A stretch of 64,000 nt of DNA from Octopus vulgaris (taxonomy: Eukaryota), in assembly GCA_951406725.2 (NCBI GenBank), contig OX597820.1, positions 51,832,001 to 51,896,000 of the forward strand. The letters run 5' to 3'. Position numbers and translations under genes: made by a program. A model generated the notes under the pieces. The model was not told where the DNA came from and did no database searches. It worked only from the letters and a program-made list of their open reading frames with translations. Positions 14,218-27,030 of the stretch are shown piece after piece (position 1 is the first letter of the stretch; every line of letters starts with the position of its first letter).

Positions 14218-14258
14218 TGCATTCAAAGTTTAATAATAGTAATCTTAAAAGTGGTATA

Positions 14259-14321
<63 letters not shown>

Positions 14322-14690
14322 ATATATCTATATATATATATATATATATATATACCACTTTTAAGATTACTATTATTAAACTTTGAATGCAGTAATGTTT
14401 TTATTGGATTTACACTGTAATTATGAAAAAGAGAAACCACATGAGATAAGCAGTGAGGTAATTTTCCTTTCATGGTAAAATGATACGTATGCTCAAAATT
14501 ATATATCATTCGTACTTTATATGGATTTATTTTAAGTAATATATAGACTAGGGCCAAAATGTAAACCATCATAAAACTACCGTGTAACTTATCAAGTTTA
14601 CATGTCAGCTTATGAGGATATTTGATATAATTTCTATATCTCACCAATATCAAGGGCGTTATTATAAACAAGTTATTATACAGGAATATA
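14218..14690 (-). mobile_element. Probable Penelope-like 3' remnant with 43-bp inverted repeat around a (TCTA)n(TA)n spacer
   Basis: 14218-14260 is the reverse complement of 14349-14391; the adjacent minus-strand ORF faintly resembles a GIY-YIG tail. Confidence 0.5.
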
Positions 14691-15938
14691 TATAATCAAT
14701 GATGTGCAAGAATATGAAAAATATAGACAAGAAATGAATACTTTTAATCATAAGAAGAACTAAGAACATTTTTCCTTCATATACAGATGTATTTCAACCC
14801 CACGGAAACGTCTAGAAGTTCACTGACATTTCTCAGTTAAAAGTTTCAGTGCTATACGTCATGATACTTCAGATGAATCCTTACAGTAGAACAACTAAAC
14901 GAAGGAGTAGTTAGAAATTAAGAAATATATAAACGTGATTCCCCGTGTGGCTTATCCATCGTATGGTGGATAACTTTGGAAGTATACTTTTGACATAATT
15001 ATTATTTCACTTTTATTAATTTCTTTGTTAGGAAACAAAATGCTGAAATGAGTTAAAATTTCTCAAAGCAAAATATTTATCACCCTGAAATAAACTTAAA
15101 TAGAACTAATTGTCTCATATGCATGTCTTTCCTCATGTATATTGTGTCATTTACTTCCTCTCTTCATGCGTTCTCTCTTTCTGACTATGCGTGAGTGGGA
15201 ATTGGTACGTCAAATATCATTAAAAGAGTCCAATAGTACCTGCGCAGCAGTTGATAAATAGATCTAATGGATATATCCATTAGTTTCGGCTTTTAGGCCA
15301 ACGGTAAGTAGTCCCTCAGTGACTAGTGTTAGGACATCGAATTCTGAGTATTCACCAGTAATCGTAATTAATTAGGTCATTCGACCATTCATTTGGTCGG
15401 CTCTGAGTATTTTGGATTATTTTTATTTCATATAAGCTGCATCGGCCAAACATCTGATTTATAGAGACATCCAAATTTACGTCGCTATAGAAAAGGTGAT
15501 GTACATAGTATTTTCAGATGAAATGTTCTTACATTCCCCACACACCTAAGAGAAATAAAATAAATGCATATACATATATTGATATATTCATACACTAGCA
15601 AACACAGATCTGCGTATAAAAAATGCGTGGGGCTTGCAGTCCTATAAAATATGTGGGTGCAAGGTAATACGTATCTTCTACGTTGTGTCTGTATAATATG
15701 AAATTGATACGGGCGTAAAAAATGTAAAACTTAATGTCAGGAAAATTCTGAAAAGATGTGTGTAGGTTTAATGACATCACATAGCTCGACGGTAGACTGG
15801 CTAGCGCCGGTTTCATTAAGGTTTTGATGACACTACAAACAGTCCCTTGTTCCTAGTGATTTGGGTTACGATGTTTTGAAGCATTTGTGCGTAGTGACGT
15901 ACTATACATAAACACATATTACACGCACACACTCACAT

Positions 15939-15971
<33 letters not shown>

Positions 15972-16197
15972 CATACATAAATATACTTGTAATAAGACAC
16001 CACATGTGTATACACGAGTGTCTGTATTCGAGTATGCACGCGTATATGCGTATTCGAATATCCCTTTTCACATGAGATATTAAGATTGAAAGTGTTGATA
16101 TATAATCGTATTAACATATGCACCCCCAGACAAAAGAAAGGATGCAGCGATCAGCATCCCAGGCACACACGCAGAGATATACTTCTGTTTGGTAGGG

Positions 16198-16244
<47 letters not shown>

Positions 16245-16269
16245 ATATCTCCCCCTATCTCTCTCTCTA

Positions 16270-16312
<43 letters not shown>

Positions 16313-16742
16313 CTATCTATATTCGTGTGAATGTATGTGTGTATCTGTGCATGTGCTTATGTGTGTGCGTGTATATATATATATATATATATATATACGA
16401 ACACTATATATGGAGGCCCCGTAATTGAAATTGCAATTAAAAACACTTAATGTTTAGAAAATTAAGGATATTTTGGTTTTTAAATAATTTACGTTTCTAT
16501 GGATTCTAGTTTCTTCTGTGCTTCATTGTTTATGCATTGGCTTAGAAGTCAAATCGAAGTAGCTTCCCAATCGCTACGATGTTACATATGTTTGTGATCG
16601 ATATTCTGGTATAAGATTCAATATGGTAATATGTATAAATATATATGCGTGTGTGTGTATGTGTGTGCATGTGTTTATATATATGCATGTGTATATGAAT
16701 ATACATATACATATATATATATGTATCTATATGTATATGTAT

Positions 16743-16791
<49 letters not shown>

Positions 16792-16830
16792 AACATATAC
16801 ATGCTTACATATATATATGTGTCTGTGTGT

Positions 16831-16840
16831 GTAGTAGTGT

Positions 16841-16934
<94 letters not shown>
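16831..16934. repeat. (TAG)n microsatellite
   Basis: Directly visible. Confidence 0.95.
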
Positions 16935-17167
16935 CGATGTGTGCGTGTGTATATTTAGGAAGTATCACCAGTTGATAGAGATTTATTATTTCCATATAAT
17001 GATTATCACATGATTAAAGCCATTTCGTTATCTCCTCATTCTTATAATTCTAACTTCACAAATCCATACACGCATTGAAACTCAAAGCGAGTACGTGGTA
17101 GTATGTAAAACAATCGTATGTTACATAAACATATATAATACAGAAGATGTACTTCAAAGCTAATATA

Positions 17168-17380
17168 TTTCTTCTTTATTGCCCACAGGGAGCTAAACAT
17201 AGAGGGAACAAACAAGGTTAGACTAAGTGATTAAGTCAATTATATCGACAACAGTGCGTAACTGATACTAATTTAATCGACCCCTAAAGGATGAAAGGCA
17301 ACGTCGACCTCAGCGGAATTTGAACTCAGAACGCTAAGCATTTCGCCCGCCGTGCAAACGATTCTGCCAGCTCACCGCCT
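17168..17380 (-). mobile_element. SINE family B
   Basis: Minus strand AGGCGGTGAGCTGGCAGAATCG..TTCTGAGTTCAAATTCCGCTGAGGTCGACG; B-box-like GAGTTCAAATTCC. Confidence 0.85.
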
Positions 17381-18658
17381 TGGGGAACATATTTTATGTA
17401 TTTAGGATTTAAACATGATTTTCCAACATGTTGTGGCTGCGTTAAGGAGTGATGTTTACGAATGCAAGACTATTACCTTTTGAAATATGCCTGTTACACG
17501 TTGAAATCCGTAGAATAAGCTGTTCACTGCCTTTTGACATTACGAAAATATCTCGATATCGACAAATGTCTCCGCTGTAGATTATTTGTCTGCACCCTGA
17601 TATTTTTTTCATGGCAAAAGAGTGAAGGTCTTCCTTCCGAGTTCGAACTTGTCTCAAGCATATTTGAACTGGTAATAAACTTGCAGAATATATTTTCATT
17701 TTTTTCATTTTATCTAGTTTCAGCTCACGAGCTGTGGCCATGCTGGGGCACCGCCATTCATGTTGTGTACGAAAAATGTAACCATACTTCTGGTGCAGAT
17801 TTATTTTCCGAAACAATATAATTTAATGTTACTGATATGCTACTGTTATCTAATAATAGACTTATTATGTGAACCGCTGTTTCCATGAATACTAATGTAC
17901 GCAGATATACTTAAATATAACCCCGCACTCATACACATATACACAAGGCACCCATAGACTCACACACTCACTCACAGGTGCATATTCATAGACATACGGC
18001 TGTACTTACGAAACGTGCTACATTCTCTGGTGTTATTCTAAAACTATACTAGTTGAAAACAACAAATCTCCAGTTCACAAGTAGCACTTTGCACAACATG
18101 ATTCTACCTTTGCTATAATGGCCTTTACTACTTGGAGAATTCAATTCAGGCACTCTCAGTTCTTCAGCGTCTTAAATACGAACGTTTCTTCACATTGCAA
18201 ACCAACCATTGCGCCAAAACCTCCGGCCTGAAATAACCTATTTCTTTATTCATACTGAAGTAGTACGTCGCCTCTTGCGTATATCATCACGGTTCGGTCA
18301 TTTTAAATAAATGAGTTACAAAGTCACAGAAGCGATAAGCATTTTAGATAATTCCCCATCCGTCCTACTTCATGTTTGAGTGAAAAATAAAACAAGAATA
18401 TATCTATATAGATGTAGTATAAAATATGCTCGATGCTCGATGGTAAGATCTCATATTAAACAGAGCATATTGACTTTAATGCTAAACGACAATATAATTT
18501 ATGGTAATTTTCAAACACTGCATTGCATTTTTGTATATGGTGGTGGTGCTGATGGTGGTTTAAACATATCTTCCATCGGTTTTAGTTTAGGAGTTACTTC
18601 AAAGGTCGTAACACTATCTATCACGTGAAGAATTCATTTAAGAATCTCCGCCATCCTG

Positions 18659-18794
<136 letters not shown>

Positions 18795-18946
18795 TAAATG
18801 TATGTGTGTTTGCTTGTGTGCGTATAAATATATGTATATATACATACATATATATACTTTGATACTTTGATACTTTGATAGGTTTCGGCCATTATTGGCC
18901 CAGGCCATGTCTAACTTAATAGCACCACCTGGTGAAGTCTTTCAAG

Positions 18947-21900
18947 TCAGAATTTGGGCACTGTGGCCCACTCAAGTAGAGAGTTATTGTTTACAGAGAC
19001 ATATCCGGGTGTAGGGGGTTTATCCGGGATTTCTTGAAGGAATCTGTCCAAAGACTTCTTGAACCCTATAGGGTCAGTTTCTGTTTTAATGTGTTTTGGT
19101 GTAATGTTAAAGAGAGCGGGGCCAATTGAGGTGAAATAATTGTGCCGTATTGTTGTTATGAGATGAGAGTGCGATTTTTGTTTTGGGCGGATGGCACGGG
19201 GCCCAAGCCTTGGATGTACCTTAAAGGTGATGCCAACATCATTTGGGCAATGCTGATGGAATATTTTCCACATCATGCAGATGATGTAGCGCTCACGACG
19301 ACGTTGGAGAGAATAGAGTTTTAGCTTTTCTAGTCGACCCCAATAGTCGAGGCCTGTCATGCCATCTATCTTTTTTGTGATTGCCCTTTGAGGTGCTTCG
19401 ACTTTTATGATACCTTGTATTGTGTGGGGAGACCAGTGGACAACAGTATTCAAGGTGGGGTCGGGCAAAAGTGGAGAAGAGAAGGGTAATGGTGTGGATA
19501 TCTCTCGACTGGAAAGTTCTGAGAATCCAGGAACACATTCTGCGGGCCATGTCAACTTTGGTGTTTATATGAGTGGCCCAGCTTACGTTGTTGTCCACAA
19601 TTACTCCCAAGTCTCTGATGTTGTTGGACGCCGCGAGAGTTTCACCTGAAGGAAGGGAGTATGGGAGTTTCAGGGCATCCTCTTTTCCAAAGTGGATTAG
19701 CTCAAATTTATCCTCGTTCAGCAGCATATTGTTTTTTTCTGCCCATTGGATAACAGCCAGTAGATCTGACTGAAGGCATGTCCGGTCACTCGCCTCATTT
19801 ATGACCTTCTGTAGCTTGGAGTCATCTGCAAAGATTTTTATGTTGCTGTGCTTGATGATGTCATTAATGTCATTAATGTAAATGATGAAAAGAAGTGGGC
19901 CCAGCACAGTGCCTTGCGGAACGCCACTACTGACTTTGGCTGGGCTTGATTTTACCCCTTCAACTACAACATGTTGAGATCTGTCTGTCAGGAAACACTT
20001 AATCCATTTCAGTAACTTTCCAGAGACACCAATGTTGGATAGTTTTTTCAATAGGATCTTGTGATCGACCCTGTCGAAGGCCTTACTGAAATCAAGGTAG
20101 ATGACATCGGTGTTGGAGCCCTCTCCCAAAGCTCTCAAAATGTCCTCAAAGTGATGCAGGAGCTGCGTTAGGCAGTCCCTTCCATTACGGAACCCATGTT
20201 GGTTGGAGATCAGCCGTCTGTTGCTTTCCAGAAATTGGGTTATTTGAGATCTCACCACCCTCTCAAATACCTTGATGATATGAGAGGTGAGTGAGATCGG
20301 ACGGTAATTCACTGCAAGGGACTTGTTTCCCTTTTTGAAAACTGGGACAACAGACTGGGACAGAAGGTTTTTTGGAATATAGCCAGCATCCAGTGAGTTT
20401 CTCCACAGATTAGCAAGGGGAGATGCAAGTTGGTGTCGACACACCTTCAGGACACAAGCAGGGAACCTATCGGGGCCTACTGCTGAATTGTGTTTTATTT
20501 CGTTTATCGCCGCTAAGACATCAGGGGCACTAAACGTTATGTCCGATATAGTGTGTTGGGGGTTGACATCACTGATACAGCCCAGATCGGCCATATCAGG
20601 ATTGCTGAAAACAGAGCAGTATTGTTTCTGCAGTATCTCGGCCATGGATTTGGCATTATCTTGGAGAGTGCCAGTTTCGTCAATTAGAGGGCCTACAGTG
20701 GAGACAGTGACCCTGCGTTTCCTCGCAAATGAAAAGAACACTTTGGGGTTGAGTTTGATTTTTTCAATGGCCCACTTCTCCTCAGCTGATCTTTGGTTAT
20801 TGATGAGGGACTTCATGCATTGTTGGAGGTTATATTTTTTGGATTCAAGCAGTGCGATAGCCGTCGAATGTGTGTGTTGCTGTTGGCAGTACTTTAGTTT
20901 GTTAATTTTTTTGTTTGTTCTTTTTATTTTTCTGATAATGGTTTTTCTGTTTTGGGGGATTCTGCACTTTTTGTTCACAGGTCTTGGTGGGGAGTGTTTT
21001 GCACATATGTCTGTGACGGTGTCTACAAAGATCTGCCAAGATGTTTTATGGTTGGTGGAGATGTGTGTATGTGTAAAGGACCAGTCAACATTTGATAGCT
21101 CGTTCCTGATTGCATCCCAGTTGGCTTTATGGAGATCCATGTTGTCAAATGGGTGGGCTGGAGGAAGGTCACTAGGATTAGCTTTCGGCTGGTGGAATTT
21201 CATGTTACAGAGAACCATGTCATGGTCTGAAAGAAGGGTTTTTTCCACTGTAACGTTATGTATAGTGTTAGTGTGGTTACTAAACACTAGGTCCAAAATG
21301 TTCTGATGTCTTGTTGGTGCAAGGACAAGTTGGGACAAGAAAAACTCATTCGTAAAGTCGAAAAGTGACTCTGCTGCTTCTTTGTCAGCGGTTGAGGCGG
21401 GAGTGCTTGGTTTCAAACAGTTTGTAGTCCAGTCAACACAGGGTAGATTGAAGTCTCCCATCATGAGTATGTTGCTAGAATGGCACTGTTGAATAAAGCA
21501 CTTAATGCTGTTGAGGCATTCTTTAAAGCACAGTATGGGTGTTTGGGGCGGCCTTATAGAGCCCAATTACTGTCAGGTCATTGGCTTTGTTGTGCACGGT
21601 GACTGATTCACAGTAGCCGTTGGAGAATATACTATTTCCATCTGCCGTAATTGAATCATGCAGGAAAATGGCAGTTCCACCCTTCCTCCTGCCGATACGA
21701 TCCGCGCGGATGGTTGTGAAATTCTTCACTCTCACTTCGGCTTCCAAGTGGGAGTTGTCAAGGTGGGTCTCAGTGAGAATGAAGAAAGGGATGTGGTGTG
21801 AATGGTTACCAACCCAGTCTTCAATGAATTGGACCTTCCATTTTTGTGCATTGATGGAAGGGCTGACACCTTGTGCATTGAGTAGGAATGTGGAGGTTAG

Positions 21901-21990
21901 TGTAGTGGCTGGTTTTGACTGTTGCAGGGGGCTTGGATTTTTTGTGTGTGTTAGTGGAAGCAATGTGGGGAATTGGTGCACTGGGGTAAT
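18947..21990 (-). CDS. LINE ORF2: AP endonuclease + reverse transcriptase, two 1-bp frameshifts (~21555, ~19435); start uncertain
   Basis: APE motifs LLNAQG, LTETHL, GGTAIF, MGDFNLP, LDLVF, SDH. RT motifs NYRPISLTS, QHGFR, YLDFSKAFDRVDH, SGVPQGTVLGPLLF, FADDSKL, DLGV. CR1-type C-terminus PHLEYCCPLWSP, YWGRLEKLKLYSLQRRRER. Confidence 0.93.
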
Positions 21991-22057
21991 AGCATAGGAT
22001 GGTGTTGAGTGATGGCTAGAATGTTTTTGTGTATCTCTTTTGCCATGTTCAACATGG

Positions 22058-22849
22058 CTAAAAAGAATTTTCCTGCTTAGGGAGCAGTTTTTGGCTGGAG
22101 GTGTGGTTGCACTGTTGGATAGGGTTGTAGTTTCCACTTTTGTTGTTGTTGTTTTTGTGTCTTCCTGAAAAAACTGGACCAGCATTACTGCAGCATGGTG
22201 TGTTTCTATTTTTATTGTTATTCAGGTTTGTGTGTTGGCTTGAGGCCCCGTTTCTGTTTGTGCGTCGGGTCCCTGGAAGATGAGTGAAGGGACAGTCACT
22301 CAGTAGACATGTTCTCTCACGTTGGGAATACCGGCAGATTTTGGGACTCCGAGTTGTGTGTGTTTTGAATTTCGATTTACTATTTGGTGGTGTTGATGTT
22401 ATTGTGGGATGCGTGCTTTGGCCTTGGCTGGTAGTGCGTCTAGTGCCGGGTAGATGCGTGAAGATGCAGTCACTATTTGTGCAGAGTCTCTGGCGCAGTG
22501 AATAGCGGCATATTTGGGGATTTCTTGTTTGTGCCGTGGGGGGCGCATTCTGCTTCCTATGTTTCTTTAAGTTTTTGTTACTGCAGTAGTATTGAGGTGG
22601 TGATGTGGGGGAAGAGGGCAGTGGTTTCTTATTTGGTTTTCTGTTGGTATTTTTGGTGATAGAAGACGATGGTGGCAGCGGTGGTGATGATGATGATGAT
22701 AATTGTGGTGGTTGCTGTGAGAGCGGTGAAAAGATACTGGCATTTAGTGAATCGTCTAGTAAGCTAGAGTTGAGGAGTGGCTGTTGTTGTTCTTGTTGCT
22801 GTGGCTGTTGTTGTTGTTGTTGTGCCTGACCGATGTCAGGGTCAGCCAT
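22058..22849 (-). CDS. LINE ORF1: Q/S/P-rich protein with two CCCH zinc fingers
   Basis: MADPDIG start; CRYSLRQRLCTNSDCIFTH and CRYSQRERTCLLSDCPFTH (C-x8-C-x4-C-x3-H), each followed by LPGTRR. Confidence 0.8.
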   Translation of the reverse strand: MADPDIGQAQQQQQQPQQQEQQQPLLNSSLLDDSLNASIFSPLSQQPPQLSSSSSPPLPPSSSITKNTNRKPNKKPLPSSPTSPPQYYCSNKNLKKHRKQNAPPTAQTRNPQICRYSLRQRLCTNSDCIFTHLPGTRRTTSQGQSTHPTITSTPPNSKSKFKTHTTRSPKICRYSQRERTCLLSDCPFTHLPGTRRTNRNGASSQHTNLNNNKNRNTPCCSNAGPVFSGRHKNNNNKSGNYNPIQQCNHTSSQKLLPKQENSF

Positions 22850-23100
22850 TGTGCTGGGAACCAGGAGTGGCTCATTCTGTTGTTGTTGTTGTTGTGGCTG
22901 CTGATTTTCTAGCTGTTGTTGTTCTTGAACTGTGAAAATATGTAGAAGCTTTTCATAATGGCCTCTTATCAGTTTGAAAGACCTCTTATCAGTATGTATA
23001 TATACATACATATATATACATAACAACCGCATACACATACGTATACATATGTACATTAATATATGTATATATATATATATATATATATAAATATACGTAG

Positions 23101-23230
23101 ATACATACATACATACATACATGCATACATACATACATACATACATACATACATACATACATACATACATACATACATACATACATACATACATACATAC
23201 ATACATACATGCATATATACATACATACAT
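23101..23230. repeat. (ATAC)n microsatellite
   Basis: Directly visible. Confidence 0.95.
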
Positions 23231-25347
23231 ATTACTCACAGGTACATCTTTGCATTGGAATATTTACACTGAATAATGTATTTCATGCCTAGGCATTTAC
23301 TTTTATAATCGGAACCTATCCCACCACCCCTTTTAAAATATGCAGCATCTATATTGTACATTGTCCTATACTTTCAATTTATGCCATGATAGATGAACAT
23401 ATGTATAAACAAATAATCATTCCCAAAGAGTCATACTACATACGATGTCACGTTGCCGAAATCTTATTCTCACACATAAATGCCACCAAACATATATGTA
23501 TACACACATAGATACGTAACAATTTTAGCTCAATATAGCAAACAAATCATATGATGTGGCTTGATGTGAATCTCATATAGCTGATAGTTACTAGAAATAT
23601 TTTCTAATCTTTCTTTGTGATTTGGTTTTATATTACACATTTCAAACAATTGCAATCATTAACATTTCTTTCCTGTGCACAACTCAAGGCATCTATTTAG
23701 TTCACTCCGTATAGACTTTCAAAAACTTCTTAACGTTATTAATAGCTGGCTTTGTTCAGGCATCTTTAATTCCTGTTGGTTTCATCAAAATGTATCGAGG
23801 TACGAGTGCACATGTAGGTATCTTTGTATGCGTACAAATAAATGCGCGCATGTATATGTGCGTGTGCGTGTGTGAGTGTGTACAAACGCATGCATATATG
23901 AAAAAATATGTGTATGTATAAGCATGTATGTATGTGTATATATGTCTGTACGCTTGTGAATGTGAGTGTCTACATATGTGCTCATATGTTTGTGCCTGTT
24001 TTATAAATGTTTTGATGCTTGCATATACAAACCTGTGATTATGTGTGCATAAAACGTATGAGTGTTTTTGCACGTATATAAACGAGACTTCGTATCCATG
24101 TGTCTTCGAATAAGCGGATATTGATGAGAACTAAGTTGGGATTGTTAAGAAACAAATATTATTTCCATATACAATGTTCTTTGTTTCGTAAGGGGAAGAA
24201 ATAATATACGTACAAATCACTGAGGTACTAATTTTCAATTTCTTGAACAAAATTTCGGATTTCTTTCGGAGACACTAACAATTTTGTTTCCGTGTTGCGT
24301 TTTTTAAATACGAAGGAAATTTTTAATAAAGAGATATTATTTGTGTAAAGCATACACTACGTGATTCCCTAACTTACTTTTTCATATTGAAATATTTGGT
24401 CCCTGTCTTTCCTTTGAGTAATTTGTAAACTTTAGCTATGCCAATTACCATAGATAAAAATTATTATTGTCTTTATTTCTAACGGGAAACTTTTCCAATA
24501 ACCAGCCAAGTAGACTTCAGTAGTTTTACTTCTAATCATGGATTATATTAGGAATGTCTGTATGAAAATGATGATGAAATTATCTTGTTGAATAAGGCAA
24601 ATTTTTAAGATAAATTATTAGTTTCTGTAAGAATTTTAAAATTCTTTACACATCTAAGTGAGAAGTTATCATTTTGATTATTGTCCACGACGTTCAGTAC
24701 GTCGCCTCTTAACCTAATTAAACAAATTCCAGATACAGGTATGTTTAGTTACGGCTCAATATTTCTTTTCGTCTTTCAGCTTTCGACATTCTGCACGAGT
24801 TAGACCACTTTTATTACCAGTACATTTTTGAGCTGACAGTTATAACACACACACACTCATACATACATACATACATACATACATACATACATACATACAT
24901 ACATACATACATACATACATACAAGTGATTCTGAGCCATTACCTTTATTATTTTTACTTCTTTATTTACACATACATATAATAGGATGATGTTTAAGGGA
25001 ACATTTGTCACGCAAATAGAGGACGATTTTATAGGATACTAACTGATTGTGAGATAGAGAAATATTGTCTCTACAGGACGTAGTATAATAGTAAATTATC
25101 GCATGTACCCTAATTATATATTTTAAAGTTGAATTAGTTTCTTTACAGGCAATTGTACTACAAAGGGTTGATACCAAGGAATCGGCATATCCTAGGAAGA
25201 ATACATTGCGGTGTATAGAACTTCACATGACTTACAGGTTTCCTCACCATCACATTTCGTTTTCTCCATCCCGTCTCAAATATATACACACACACAGACA
25301 CACACATACATACACACGCACACACACACATACACACACACACACAA

Positions 25348-25419
<72 letters not shown>

Positions 25420-25475
25420 GCACGAACTTATGCACTTATCACTCAGTCTGTCTGGAATATATATATATATATATA

Positions 25476-25789
25476 AAATTAATCAAAATAAAAACATGAT
25501 GCCAAGGATTCAGCAGTACATATGTTTCGGGCCTTTATTAGACGGATTTATAACAATGCATAATGTGTGTCTGTGGCCTTCTTCAGCCGCGCACAACTAC
25601 TACCTCAAGGACATGTATTACATCCACAGACACACATTATGCATTGTTATAAATCCGCCTAATAAAGGCCCGAAACATATGTACCGCTGAATCCTTGGCA
25701 TTATGTTTTCATTTTGATTAATTTACTCCACCACCTACACCACCAAACGGTATATACAGGTGCTTACAATTATCAAGTACTCACCCTGA

Positions 25790-25793
<4 letters not shown>
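25476..25793. mobile_element. Palindromic Penelope-like mini-element (101-bp inverted arms) between (TA)n tracts
   Basis: 25476-25576 vs 25624-25724 are reverse complementary with few mismatches; contains a hammerhead. Confidence 0.75.
25513..25590 (-). ncRNA. Type I hammerhead ribozyme
   Basis: Minus strand: GCGG-CUGAAGA-A-GGCC-[41 nt]-GGCC-C-GAAA-C-AUAU-GUA-CUGC. The partner arm has CCGC, giving a perfect stem I. Confidence 0.78.
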
Positions 25794-25848
<55 letters not shown>

Positions 25849-26179
25849 CATATATACATATAATTTAAAAATCAAAACACATTGTCTTGTTTCGGCTATT
25901 CTCCTTATGCTAGCCTCTGCCATATGAGCATCAATAATTTGATCTCTTAGAAACTTCGATAGATCTGTTATTTGAATGAATTTTAATTACAATTTTCTGG
26001 TTACGTCTGAAAGGAAACTGTAAATTTAGCAAAGCATATTAAGCAACACTAATAATACATCAAAAAAACATAAAAAGTATACAAGCTTTTGACGGTTTTA
26101 TAGATATTTCAAAATTATGATGCAATGATATTAGGTGTTTCCATTATTTTGTCACACCCCTGGATGTGTATGCATGTAT

Positions 26180-26227
<48 letters not shown>

Positions 26228-26329
26228 ATGTGTGTGTGTGTGTATACATATATGTATATCGTTTTCTGTGTTTATATATATATGTATGTGTGTGTGTGTG
26301 TGTAATTATATATATATATTCTCTCTATC

Positions 26330-26530
26330 TTTGTGTCAGTCCGTGTTTCTCTCCCACCGACGGCGTGTTTACATCTCCGTAACATAGGTATTGGGCAAAA
26401 GATTCTGATACAATAATTACAAGGTAGGGAGAAAAAGGACATGCGTCAAGTCATTCGACTAAAATTAATGACGATGGAGCCTCATCGTGGGTGCCGTGGA
26501 ACAGCTAAAAGAAGTGTAATAGCTAAAATA
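26330..26530 (+). mobile_element. Degraded 3' half of SINE family A
   Basis: GTGTTTACATCTCCGTAAC..GGCAAAAGA..ATTCGACTAAAA shared with other copies. Confidence 0.6.
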
Positions 26531-26670
26531 CATAAGGATAAATCATATTAATCCTATAAACTTTCTTTCTATCTCCGGTTTCCGCGTTATCTCTCCATTA
26601 TTCCCGAGCGACCGTCAAATTCGTACACCTGCTCTTCTGCGTTCGCTTTTTGTTTATGTAAATTTGAACT

Positions 26671-26732
<62 letters not shown>

Positions 26733-26987
26733 AATACTGTGGAAATATGTTAAAAAGACATTTCATAATTTAATTGTTTTCATGACTTCTATGCTGAAAG
26801 AGTCGCCAAGACAGAAACGGGTACTAAAAATGTCTTTATGATAAAAATTATTTTAGTATTTCCTACCTTGTCCTATTTTCCTTACATATATCAACTTGTG
26901 TTCTACTTTTTAACCGTCTACATATAGATAGATAGATAGATAGACAGACAGATATAGATATAAATATATATAGATATAGATAGATAC

Positions 26988-27030
<43 letters not shown>

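Larger units (their letters stand above)
18858..22992 (-). mobile_element. Apparently full-length CR1-group LINE (APE + RT)
   Basis: ORF1 plus ORF2; 3' tail of (TATCAAAG)n 8-mers; identical 27-bp flanks TATGTATATATACATACATATATATAC at 18831-18857 and 22993-23019. Confidence 0.93.

Noticed and set aside
20488-21306. 272-aa plus-strand ORF
   Set aside because: Antisense shadow of LINE ORF2
22993-23239. N-terminal extension of the 393-aa ORF
   Set aside because: Lies outside the LINE in flanking microsatellite
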